Origin: Acidimicrobiia bacterium
GTDB lineage: Bacteria; Actinomycetota; Acidimicrobiia; Acidimicrobiales; Aldehydirespiratoraceae
Assembly: GCA_030432715.1 (NCBI GenBank)
Contig: JAUIML010000001.1
Location: 4,962-68,961, forward strand
DNA length: 64,000 nucleotides
Reading direction: 5' to 3'
Both the position numbers and the translations under genes were made by a program. This document shows, in pieces, positions 13,084-21,808 of the stretch. A model generated the notes under the pieces. The model ran no database searches and was not told the DNA's origin. It saw only the letters and a list, made by a program, of their open reading frames with translations. Numbering within the stretch: position 1 is the first letter of the stretch; the number at the start of each line of letters is the position of its first letter.

Positions 13084-13719
13084 TCAGTACTGGATGATCG
13101 GCGCCCGATGCCGCCAGGTGTCGTCGTCGAGCATGCCGATCATGGCGTGGGCACAGTCGGCGAACGAGATCCTGGACCGGCCACTGAACCCGTCCATGCC
13201 CAACCGGTACGCGCCGGTCAGCTCGCCCTTGCGCATCTGGAGCGGCCGCACGCCGAACCAGTCGAGATCGGTGCGGGTGAGCAGGTAGGCGAGCTGATGG
13301 TCCTTGTCGCGATGGCGTTTACCGAGGAAGGTCGCGGCGAACATCCGGACGAACCGGGCGCCGACGTTGCCGGGGTCACCCGGGACGAAGGTGCTGCCGC
13401 CCCCGCACCAGACGAAACGGCCCACACCGAGCTCCGGCATGGCCTCGGCGATGCTGCGGGTGACGTCGGTGCAGAGATCCTCGGGAGAGTGCTTGTCGAC
13501 ACCGATCGCGAAGAGCACTGCGTCGGCGCCCTCGAGCACCGCTCGGACGTCGTCGGCGTGGAGCGCATCGCCCTCGACGATGTCGACTCGTCTACGGAGG
13601 TCGTCGTTGATCTTCGCCGGGGTGCGGGCCAGCACGGCAACGGAGTGGTCGGCGTCGAGCGCCTGGCGCACACACTGACGGCCGAGTTGTCCCGTTGCTC
13701 CGAAGACGGCGAGGCGCAT
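13084..13719 (-). CDS. NAD(P)H-binding (NmrA/atypical SDR-like) protein
   Basis: N-terminal Rossmann motif MRLAVFGATGQLGRQ; about 210 aa. Confidence 0.8.
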   Translation of the reverse strand: MRLAVFGATGQLGRQCVRQALDADHSVAVLARTPAKINDDLRRRVDIVEGDALHADDVRAVLEGADAVLFAIGVDKHSPEDLCTDVTRSIAEAMPELGVGRFVWCGGGSTFVPGDPGNVGARFVRMFAATFLGKRHRDKDHQLAYLLTRTDLDWFGVRPLQMRKGELTGAYRLGMDGFSGRSRISFADCAHAMIGMLDDDTWRHRAPIIQY

Positions 13720-13732
13720 GGGCGGAGGCTAG

Positions 13733-16700
13733 TCAGCGGAAGTCCCGCGACGCGGGCGCCGGGCCCACCGGGAGGGGCTCGATCCGGTCGGCGACCACAT
13801 TGATCACACCCTCGTGCTTCTCGAGCCGACCCCGGATGAGCAGCGCCGGCGCTCCCCTTGCCGTCTTCTTGTAGCGCTGCCAGCAGCCCTTCGAGACGAC
13901 GACGTTGATCAACCCGGTCTCGTCTTCGAGGTTGAGGAAGGTCGTGCCGCCGGCCGTGGCCGGACGCTGACGGTGGGTCACCACACCGCCGACGAACACC
14001 CGCGCCCCGGCCGGATGGTCGACCAGACCCGACGAGGTGACCACGCCGAGCTCGGAGAGCCGCTCGCGGATGTGGAGGGTGGGATGACCGTCGGGGGCGA
14101 CGCCGGTGGCCCACAAGTCGGCGTGTGACAGCTCCTGGGGCGACATGCCCGGCAGCGTCGGCGCCTCCATGCCGGTGACGATGCCGGGCAGACGATCGGA
14201 CGAGGTCTGGGCCATCGCTCCGGCCGTCCACAGGGCCGAACGCCGGTCGATACCGAAGCACCCGAACGCCCCGGAGGTGGCCAGCGCCTCGAGGATCGGC
14301 AACGACAACTTCGGTACCCGACGACGCAGGTCCTCGACCGAGGTGTAGGGACGACCGGCCTCGATCTCCTCGGCCGGTTCGGTGCCCAGCCCGCGCACAT
14401 AGTCGAGCCCCATCCGCACGGCCCACCCGCCGGTTGACGACGGATCGACCTCGAGGGTGGCGGTGGCCGACGACGCGTTGAGGTCGGGGGTGCGGATGAC
14501 CACCCCGTGGCGGCGGGCGTCGCCGACGATGGTGTGGGGCGACCAGAACCCCATCGGCTGGGCGTTGAGCAACGCAGCACAGAACGCGGCCGGGTAGTGG
14601 TACTTGATCCACGACGAGGCGTAGACGAGATAGGAGAACGAGACCGAGTGGCTCTCGGGGAAGCCGTAGTTGGCGAAGGCCGCCAGCTTCAGCCAGATCT
14701 GCTCGCCGACGTCGTCGGTGATGCCGTTGGTCCGCATGCCGTCGAAGAAGCGTTGCTTGAGCTGCTCCATGCGCTCCCGGCTGCGCTTGGAACCGACGGC
14801 CTGACGGAGCTGATCGGCATCGGCCGGGGTGAAGTTCGCGACGTCGATCGCGATCTGCATCAGCTGCTCCTGGAAGAGCGGGATGCCCAGGGTCTTGGCC
14901 AGGGCGTTCTCGAGCAGCGGGTGGAGGTAGGTGACCGGTTCCTCGCCGTTGCGACGGCGGATGTAGGGATGCACCGATCCGCCCTGGATCGGCCCCGGAC
15001 GGATCAGGGCGACCTCGACCACCAGGTCGTAGAAGCAACGGGGCTTGAGCCGCGGCAGGGTGGCCATCTGGGCTCGCGACTCGATCTGGAACACCCCGAT
15101 CGTGTCGGCCTGCTGGAGCATGTCGTAGACCTCGGACTCCTGCGGAAGGGCGGCGAGGTCGACCTCGACCCCGTCGGTCTCCCGGATGAAGTCGATGGCG
15201 TAGTGCAGCACCGACAACATCCCGAGCCCGAGCAGGTCGAACTTCACGAGGCCTGCCGCGGCACAGTCCTCCTTGTCCCACTGGAGCACGCTGCGGTCCT
15301 CCATGCGTCCCCACTCGACCGGACACACCTCGATCACGGGCCGGTCGCACATGACCATGCCGCCGGAGTGGATCCCGAGATGGCGGGGGAAGTGTTCGAT
15401 CTCGGCGGCGAGTTCGAGCACCGGGAGCGGGATCGAGGTGTCGGGGTCGACGGCGCCCGTCTCGACAAAGCCCTCGGAAACACTGCGCCACCGGTCGACC
15501 TGCTTCGAGAAGGCATCCTGTTGACCGGTGGCGTAGCCGAGGGCCTTGGCCATGTCCCTGATCGCCGATTTGGAGCGGTAGGTGATGACGTTGGCGACCT
15601 GGGCGGTGTGGTGGCGGCCGTGCTTGTCGTAGACGTACTGGATGACCTCTTCTCGACGGTCGCTCTCGATGTCGATGTCGATGTCGGGCGGACCGTCGCG
15701 TTCGGGTGACAGGAACCGTTCGAAGAGCAGACCGAGCGACACGGCATCGGCATTGGTGATGCCGAGGGCGAAACACACCGCCGAGTTCGCGGCCGATCCC
15801 CTCCCCTGGCAGAGGATGTCGACGCGGCGGCAGAAGTCGACGATGTCCCACACCACGAGGAAATAGCCGGGGAAGCCGAGCTGGTCGATGAGGGCGAGCT
15901 CGCGGTCGAGCTGTGCCCAGGCCCCTTCGACCCGTTCGGCACTGCGGGGGCCGTAGCGCGCGGTACCGCCCTCCTCGACCAGGCGCCGTAGGAACCCCAT
16001 CTCGTCGAGTCCGTCGGGGCAGGGGTAGGGCGGCAGGTTGGGCGCCACCAGGGAGAGATCGAACGCACACTCGAGACCGATGGCCGCGGCCCGTTCGACC
16101 ACACCCGGGTAACGGGCGAACCGCAGGGCCTGCTCGTCGCCACTGCGCAGGTGGAGCCCGGCCGGCGGGAGCCAGCCGTCGATCTCGTCGAGACTGCGAC
16201 GGGCCCGGACCGCGGCCATGGCCGCGGCGAGCCGCTTACGGGCCACCGAATGGTGGTGGACGTTGCCGGTGGCCACGAGGTCGAGCCCGGAGGCGACCGC
16301 GAGCTCGGCCAGGCCGTCGTTGCGGACCGAGTCGGACGGCAGACCGTGATCCCACAGCTCGACCGCGACATTGCCGCGACCGAAGTCGGCGACGAGGCGA
16401 TCGAGGGCCCGGCGGGCCGCAGCCGGGCCGGACTCGGTGAGCGCCTTCGGCACCGGCGCCTTGCGACAACCGGTGAGGATCAACCAGTGGTCGTGGCCCC
16501 GCTCGCTTCCCACTCCGCCGAGCTCGACCAACCGCTCGTAGCTGATCCGCGGCGCACCCTTCTCTCCGGCCAACTGTCCTTCGCTGATGGCGCGGCCGAG
16601 CATCGCGTAGCCAACGGGATCGCGGGCGAGGACCAGCAGATGTTCGCCACCCGGATCGGCCGGACCGGGCCGGGAGAGATCGGCGGCCGACTCATCGAGC

Positions 16701-17089
16701 GTCAACTCGGCCCCGAACACGGTGGGAAGGCCGACCGCCCGAGCAGCTTCGGCGAAGCGCACGATGCCGTAGAAGCCGTTGTGGTCGGTGAGGGCGAGCG
16801 CCTTCAGGTCGAGCCGGGCGGCTTCCTCGGCCAGCTCTTCGGGATGCGACGCGCCGTCGAGGAACGAGAAGTTCGAATGGCAGTGCAGCTCCGCATAGGG
16901 CGTGGTGCTGCGGTACGGCTCAGGGTGGTCGGGAGCGGTCGGCGGCTCGTATTCACCCCGCGTGCGTGTCCACGCCGGGCTGTCTCCCCCGTCGCCCTCC
17001 CACAGATCCCGGACCCGGCCCGAGGGCGGACGATCAGAGAGCGTTCGTTCGAGGTCCTTCCAAGGGACGTTGGGGCTGTTCCATCCCAT
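13733..17089 (-). CDS. dnaE2: Error-prone DNA polymerase DnaE2 (ImuC)
   Basis: The start MGWNSPNVPWKDLE matches the mycobacterial DnaE2 N-terminus. PHP motif YAELHCHSNFSFLDGAS. An SOS box lies 15 nt upstream of ATG 17089. Confidence 0.93.
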   Translation of the reverse strand: MGWNSPNVPWKDLERTLSDRPPSGRVRDLWEGDGGDSPAWTRTRGEYEPPTAPDHPEPYRSTTPYAELHCHSNFSFLDGASHPEELAEEAARLDLKALALTDHNGFYGIVRFAEAARAVGLPTVFGAELTLDESAADLSRPGPADPGGEHLLVLARDPVGYAMLGRAISEGQLAGEKGAPRISYERLVELGGVGSERGHDHWLILTGCRKAPVPKALTESGPAAARRALDRLVADFGRGNVAVELWDHGLPSDSVRNDGLAELAVASGLDLVATGNVHHHSVARKRLAAAMAAVRARRSLDEIDGWLPPAGLHLRSGDEQALRFARYPGVVERAAAIGLECAFDLSLVAPNLPPYPCPDGLDEMGFLRRLVEEGGTARYGPRSAERVEGAWAQLDRELALIDQLGFPGYFLVVWDIVDFCRRVDILCQGRGSAANSAVCFALGITNADAVSLGLLFERFLSPERDGPPDIDIDIESDRREEVIQYVYDKHGRHHTAQVANVITYRSKSAIRDMAKALGYATGQQDAFSKQVDRWRSVSEGFVETGAVDPDTSIPLPVLELAAEIEHFPRHLGIHSGGMVMCDRPVIEVCPVEWGRMEDRSVLQWDKEDCAAAGLVKFDLLGLGMLSVLHYAIDFIRETDGVEVDLAALPQESEVYDMLQQADTIGVFQIESRAQMATLPRLKPRCFYDLVVEVALIRPGPIQGGSVHPYIRRRNGEEPVTYLHPLLENALAKTLGIPLFQEQLMQIAIDVANFTPADADQLRQAVGSKRSRERMEQLKQRFFDGMRTNGITDDVGEQIWLKLAAFANYGFPESHSVSFSYLVYASSWIKYHYPAAFCAALLNAQPMGFWSPHTIVGDARRHGVVIRTPDLNASSATATLEVDPSSTGGWAVRMGLDYVRGLGTEPAEEIEAGRPYTSVEDLRRRVPKLSLPILEALATSGAFGCFGIDRRSALWTAGAMAQTSSDRLPGIVTGMEAPTLPGMSPQELSHADLWATGVAPDGHPTLHIRERLSELGVVTSSGLVDHPAGARVFVGGVVTHRQRPATAGGTTFLNLEDETGLINVVVSKGCWQRYKKTARGAPALLIRGRLEKHEGVINVVADRIEPLPVGPAPASRDFR

Positions 17090-18359
17090 CCGGCGCAGGG
17101 TAGACGAACACCTGTTCGCTCTCAAGTCGATCGATCTGGGCGACGACCGTTCCCACCGCGGCCACGAAGAACACCAACGGCGATGCCGTCTCGAACACCG
17201 AATCGGTCATCGCGAAGAGGGCGTAGCCGAGTGTCACCAGCAGTCCGGCTGCACCCAGGGCCCGTAGATCGTCATCGGCGCTGCGTAGGGCCCGCGCACC
17301 GATCCAGGCGGGTGTGGCCAGGAGGGCGAGAAGGGTCACCAGGCCCACGATGCCGCCGCTTCCGAGGTGCGAGATGTACTGGTTGTGAGGATGCTCGTGT
17401 TCACCGATTCGCTCGGCCCGCACGCCCGCGGCGACATCCTCGGCGAACCGATCGTCCATGTTCCCCCAGCCGACCCCGAGTGCCGGCGAGTGACGGAACC
17501 CGGCGAACGCGCTGCGCCACATCTCGAACCGGGCGCCGATCGAGGTCGCGCCGGCAGCCTCGGGCCGGCCGTGACTGGCCACATAGTCGACCGTCTCGGA
17601 GATCCCCCGATCGAAGGCCCGCAGCGCGGCGCGGTCGTTGGCGTTGAGGGCGACGATCGTCACCGGCGTGAGCACCAGCACGAGCACGGCGACATAGCGC
17701 ACCCGGCGAGCACTCGGCGACCGGAGATGGTGCACGAGCGCCACGATGACGACGACCGGAATCGCGAGCCAACCACCGCGGGACTGCGACAGGACCGACG
17801 CGGTCAACGACATCACGATGGCGACGAGTGTCCAGCGGGCGATCCGCCGTTCGTCACCGACGCCGAGGCCGCGGGTGACCATCGCGACGAATCCGAGCAG
17901 GAGCGCCATCTCGCCGAAGTGGATCGGATTGACGGCAGACGTCGGTCGACCCATCCCCGCGAAGAGCAGCATGACCATCGACACCGTGCCGGCCGCGATC
18001 GAACCGGCAACGGCGCCGAGCCAGATCGCCGGGCGGAGGTCGACCCGCGCCGAACCCCGCACGACGGCGAAGCCGATGGGCACCATGCTGAACCGGAGGG
18101 CGCTGGTGATCGCTTCGGCGCCACCGGCGCCGTCGACCGCCGACCAGAGGCCGCCGAGCGCGAACGCGAACCCGGTCGCCATGAGGTCGTTGCTCGCGAC
18201 CTTGGGGGCCTGGCCGGGCACTCTCCCCCGTCGGACCCGGAAGGCCACCATGGCGGCAAGGGCCGAGACGAGCAGCACGTCGGGCGCGAGCACGATGAGC
18301 ATCGGGGCGACGACGGTCGCCCCGACGTACCACCGAGCTTCCCTGGCATCCGCCGACAT
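17034..18359 (-). CDS. O-antigen ligase (Wzy_C/WaaL-like) family membrane protein
   Basis: Polytopic, with loop motif EHEHPHNQYISHLGSGGIVGL. Its 3' end overlaps the dnaE2 start by 56 nt. Confidence 0.75.
   Translation of the reverse strand: MSADAREARWYVGATVVAPMLIVLAPDVLLVSALAAMVAFRVRRGRVPGQAPKVASNDLMATGFAFALGGLWSAVDGAGGAEAITSALRFSMVPIGFAVVRGSARVDLRPAIWLGAVAGSIAAGTVSMVMLLFAGMGRPTSAVNPIHFGEMALLLGFVAMVTRGLGVGDERRIARWTLVAIVMSLTASVLSQSRGGWLAIPVVVIVALVHHLRSPSARRVRYVAVLVLVLTPVTIVALNANDRAALRAFDRGISETVDYVASHGRPEAAGATSIGARFEMWRSAFAGFRHSPALGVGWGNMDDRFAEDVAAGVRAERIGEHEHPHNQYISHLGSGGIVGLVTLLALLATPAWIGARALRSADDDLRALGAAGLLVTLGYALFAMTDSVFETASPLVFFVAAVGTVVAQIDRLESEQVFVYPAPDGMEQPQRPLEGPRTNAL
17104..17118. promoter_or_regulatory. 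LexA (SOS) box upstream of dnaE2
   Basis: ACGAACACCTGTTCG, palindromic core CGAACA-CC-TGTTCG. It fits the actinobacterial TCGAAC-N4-GTTCGA consensus. Confidence 0.7.
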
Positions 18360-18427
18360 GCGCGCATGGTACGAACCACCGCCCCGGAATGGATGTCGGG
18401 GTGACCAGTGCCACTACCGTCTTCGGC

Positions 18428-19657
18428 ATGAGCATCCGAGAGAACGCCCGCGACTGGGCCCGTGCCAACTGGGATCCGGCCATGCCGGTGCGCGAGTGGT
18501 GGCAGCTGCTCGCCGACGAGCGCTACTCCCTGCCCTCGCTGCCGGAGCACGCGGGCGGGCGCGGGTACTCGCGTCAGGAGGAGAACGAGGTCAAGCGGGG
18601 CCTGGGCGACGCCGGAGTCCTCGGTCCGCCCGGCGGCATCGCGACGATGATGGCCGCCCCCACGATCGCCGACCACGGCACGCCCGAACAGATCGAGCGC
18701 CTCGTGGCGCCCATCCTCAACGGCACCTCGTCGTGGTGCCAGCTCTTCTCCGAGCCCGGCGCCGGCTCCGACCTCGCCGGACTCCAGACCCGCGCCGAGC
18801 GCGACGGCGACGAGTGGATCGTCAACGGCCAGAAGGTCTGGACCAGCCTCGCCGCCGGCACCGACTACGGCATGCTCCTCGCCCGCACCGACCCCGACAA
18901 GCCCAAGCACTCGGGGATCACCTGGTTCGCGTTCCCCATGCAGCAGGACGGGGTCGACATCCGCCCTCTCGTGGAGATGACCGGACAGGCGTTCTTCAAC
19001 GAGGTGTTCATGGACGACACCCGTGTGCCCGACGCCAACATCATCGGCGACCTCAACGACGGCTGGCGGGTCGGCAACACCACCCTCGCCTACGAGCGGG
19101 GCAGCCTGGCCGGCGCCGGCGTGGAACTGCCCTTCGCCCGGGCCGGCTCGTCGTCGGACGAACTCGACCAACCGGCGGGGGGATTCGGCCTGCGGACCGA
19201 AGGCGGACCCCGACCGCAGGTCGGCGCCGCGCCCACAGCCGTTCGCTACGGCGAGTACGCCGGCAAGCTCGGGCTCGACGATCCGGCTCGGCGGGACGCC
19301 CGCGTCCGTCTCTACATCCGTGAGGAGGTGAACCGGCTCCTGGGCCAACGGTCGCGCTCGGGTGCGGTGCCCGCGATCGGCAACCTCGGCAAGCTCGCCA
19401 TGAGTGAGATCGCCCGCATGAAGCGGGAAGCCGGCAACCTGTCGATCGGCGCCCTCGGCATGCTCACCGGCGACGATGCCGCCGACGGCCCGGGCAACGG
19501 CGAGGTCCAGGCCACCACGCTGCACTCACCCGCTCCGTCGATCTACGGCGGTACGGATCAGGTCCAGCGCAACATCCTCGGCGAGCGCTTCCTCGGGCTC
19601 CCCAAGGAGCCCGGCCCCGCCAAGACCACCCCGTTCAGGGACCTGCCCAAGAACTGA
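18428..19657 (+). CDS. Acyl-CoA dehydrogenase family protein
   Basis: WCQLFSEPGAGSDLAGLQTRAERDGDEWIVNGQKVWTS and C-terminal IYGGTDQVQRNILGERFLGLP. The start is chosen at MSIRENARDW; an upstream ATG at 18389 is possible. Confidence 0.88.
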   Translation: MSIRENARDWARANWDPAMPVREWWQLLADERYSLPSLPEHAGGRGYSRQEENEVKRGLGDAGVLGPPGGIATMMAAPTIADHGTPEQIERLVAPILNGTSSWCQLFSEPGAGSDLAGLQTRAERDGDEWIVNGQKVWTSLAAGTDYGMLLARTDPDKPKHSGITWFAFPMQQDGVDIRPLVEMTGQAFFNEVFMDDTRVPDANIIGDLNDGWRVGNTTLAYERGSLAGAGVELPFARAGSSSDELDQPAGGFGLRTEGGPRPQVGAAPTAVRYGEYAGKLGLDDPARRDARVRLYIREEVNRLLGQRSRSGAVPAIGNLGKLAMSEIARMKREAGNLSIGALGMLTGDDAADGPGNGEVQATTLHSPAPSIYGGTDQVQRNILGERFLGLPKEPGPAKTTPFRDLPKN

Positions 19658-19693
19658 CCCGTCAGACCGGTGTCAGACACTCGTCACGGCGTG
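19656..19693. repeat. Left copy of a 38-bp inverted-repeat pair
   Basis: gacccgtcagaccggtgtcagacactcgtcacggcgtg. It is 35/38 identical to the reverse complement of 29363-29400. Confidence 0.85.
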
Positions 19694-20014
19694 CGTACCG
19701 CGTCCGCCCGTGTCGCCATCGTCTTCGCGGCCGCCGCGATCTGGTTCGCGGTTCCCTCTTTCGCAGCGGCGGGCCTGGCTCTGGATCGTCCCGCCTGGGC
19801 GGATCCCGACGACGGAACCGACGGCACGCGGGTCGAGAAGAAGACGAGCTGGTATCCACCCGGCGTTCGCTACGAATGGACCGGGAGAGAGTCGGGGGCC
19901 CGCCGCGTCGTGGTCGACCCGTGGGAGGAGGGCGCCCTGGCCGGGCCGCTGCTCTGGACCGGGTTCTGGCTGGTGGCCGTGGTGATGGCCGATCGCCTGC
20001 TCGTTCGTTCCTGA
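19670..20014 (+). CDS. Hypothetical small secreted/membrane protein
   Basis: Signal-like RVAIVFAAAAIWFAVPSFAAAG and C-terminal TM LLWTGFWLVAVVMA. The start is uncertain because GTG 19670 lies inside the repeat (alternative GTG 19691). Confidence 0.4.
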   Translation: MSDTRHGVRTASARVAIVFAAAAIWFAVPSFAAAGLALDRPAWADPDDGTDGTRVEKKTSWYPPGVRYEWTGRESGARRVVVDPWEEGALAGPLLWTGFWLVAVVMADRLLVRS

Positions 20015-20057
20015 GTCTTGGCCGTCCCTGGACCCCGGAGGTTCGTGGGTCGCGGGC

Positions 20058-20252
20058 TCAGCGGGACCGATCGTCGACCCGCGCCGGCAGGGGGGACACG
20101 GCGGCGCGGGCCGCGATCGTCTGGAGCGCGACGACGGAAACGACTGCGAAGGTGATGGCAGCCAGCGGTCCGGAGAGGATCAAGAGGCATGCCGCCATCA
20201 CCGCGGCCACGAGTGAGGGGAAGCTCGTGATCAGTTGCCAGGGGGAACGCAT
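20058..20252 (-). CDS. Hypothetical small two-TM membrane protein
   Basis: 64 aa, two hydrophobic helices, GAAAGG Shine-Dalgarno-like sequence upstream. No recognisable family. Confidence 0.35.
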   Translation of the reverse strand: MRSPWQLITSFPSLVAAVMAACLLILSGPLAAITFAVVSVVALQTIAARAAVSPLPARVDDRSR

Positions 20253-20404
20253 GTCCGCAGCCTTTCTCGTCGGATCTTCCCGTCGTGCTCACCCCCACCT
20301 ACGCACCGACCCGGCGGGTTGGATGCACCATGCGGCCGTTCATCGGACTCGGTGCGGAAATTTCTGATAGCCAGGTGGGTGCCGGATGGACCAAGGGGGG
20401 CTCC

Positions 20405-21808
20405 ATGACCGCACACCGTTTCCGACTCCTGTCGGTTCTGCTCGTCGTCTTCGCGATGATTGCTGCCGCATGTGGCGACGACGGCGGGGGTGACGACGCG
20501 ACGGACGCCACCACGACGACGAGCACGGCCGCGCCCGACGACGGCAGCGCGCCCCCGGACGACTCCGCCACGACGACGGCCCCGCCGCTCGACGTGGAAC
20601 CGTTCGACTCGTACCGCGGCGTCACCGCCGACACGATCACGATCGGCGTGACGTCGTCGGATCTCGACGAGCTGCGCGACCTCGGTCTCGTCGACATCAA
20701 CAACGGCGACGTACCCCTGATCTGGGACACCTTGATCGCCGACATCAACGCCCGCGGCGGTGTCGCCGGGCGGCAGCTCGAGATCGTCTATCGCGAGTAC
20801 AACCCGGTCTTCACCGCCTCGGCGGACGACGCCTGCATCGAACTCACGCAGGACAACGAGGTGTTCATCGTGATGGGCGGCATCGGCGGACCGGCGATCG
20901 ACAGCATCCTGTGCTTCGTCGAACGGAACGCACACATGATGATCGGCGGCACCCACACACCGGCCCACTTCCCGAGGCGGGAAGCGCCCTGGGTCTCCAT
21001 CATCATGAGCAGCGAACGGCGTCACCGGGGCACGCTCACGCTGTACCAGGAGCTGGGTCTCCTCGACGGCAAGGTCGCAACGTACGACGATTCGTCGGAG
21101 CACGAGTCGGTCACCGAAGACGTCGTGCTCCCGGCACTGGCCGATCTGGGCGTGGATGTGGTCGAGTCGTTCACCAGCACGATCCCGCAGGGCGACGAGG
21201 TTGCGCTCGCCGAGCAGGCCGAGATCTACGCAGAAGTGATCAAGGACGAGGGCATCGACACGCTGATCATCGTCCAGTCGCAGCTCGCGTTCGGTATCGC
21301 GCACATGCGCGAGGCGGGATTCGAGGGCACCATCGTCGGCATCGACACCGGCGAGCAGGTGCTGACGATCGGGGGCTTCGACGAGCGCGACCCGGCGCTG
21401 TACGACGGCACCTACGCGCCGATGGGGCCGTCACGTGACGAGGCCTGGGAACTCCCGGCTTCGCAGGCCTGCTACGACATCCTCCGCGATGCGGAAGGGA
21501 TCGACGTCAAGCACCCCGACGACGTGCCCGATGGCGAGCCGAACTGGGCCGGCGGCATGGTCGGACCCTGCGCCTACCTCACGATCTTCGAGGCGGCGGC
21601 CAACCACGCTGGTGGGGACCTGAACCCCGACACCTTCCTCGCCGGCGTCGAAGCCATCGGCGAGATCGAGCTGGCCAACATCGCGTTCGCCAGCCTCGGG
21701 CCCGACAAGTACGACGCCAACGACGCACTGCGCATCGGCCAGTTCGACTCCACCGTCGGCGAGAACGGCAGCCTCGTACCCGTCACCGACGTGGCTGACA
21801 TCAGCTAG
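20405..21808 (+). CDS. ABC transporter substrate-binding lipoprotein (LIV / Peripla_BP_6-like)
   Basis: Lipobox signal MTAHRFRLLSVLLVVFAMIAAAC with AAGGGGGG Shine-Dalgarno upstream. It is adjacent to LIV-type permease/ATPase genes. Confidence 0.8.
   Translation: MTAHRFRLLSVLLVVFAMIAAACGDDGGGDDATDATTTTSTAAPDDGSAPPDDSATTTAPPLDVEPFDSYRGVTADTITIGVTSSDLDELRDLGLVDINNGDVPLIWDTLIADINARGGVAGRQLEIVYREYNPVFTASADDACIELTQDNEVFIVMGGIGGPAIDSILCFVERNAHMMIGGTHTPAHFPRREAPWVSIIMSSERRHRGTLTLYQELGLLDGKVATYDDSSEHESVTEDVVLPALADLGVDVVESFTSTIPQGDEVALAEQAEIYAEVIKDEGIDTLIIVQSQLAFGIAHMREAGFEGTIVGIDTGEQVLTIGGFDERDPALYDGTYAPMGPSRDEAWELPASQACYDILRDAEGIDVKHPDDVPDGEPNWAGGMVGPCAYLTIFEAAANHAGGDLNPDTFLAGVEAIGEIELANIAFASLGPDKYDANDALRIGQFDSTVGENGSLVPVTDVADIS

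Noticed and set aside
13733-17125. dnaE2 starting at the ORF-track ATG 17125 (MRANRCSSTLRR...).
   Set aside because: That start would place the LexA box inside the coding region. MGWNSPNVPW at 17089 matches known DnaE2 N-termini.
21805-21808. Convergent SBP and permease genes whose stop codons overlap on the palindrome CTAG (within GCTAGC).
   Set aside because: It is a real overlap, but a trivial consequence of TAG being self-complementary with one flanking base. No functional implication can be supported.
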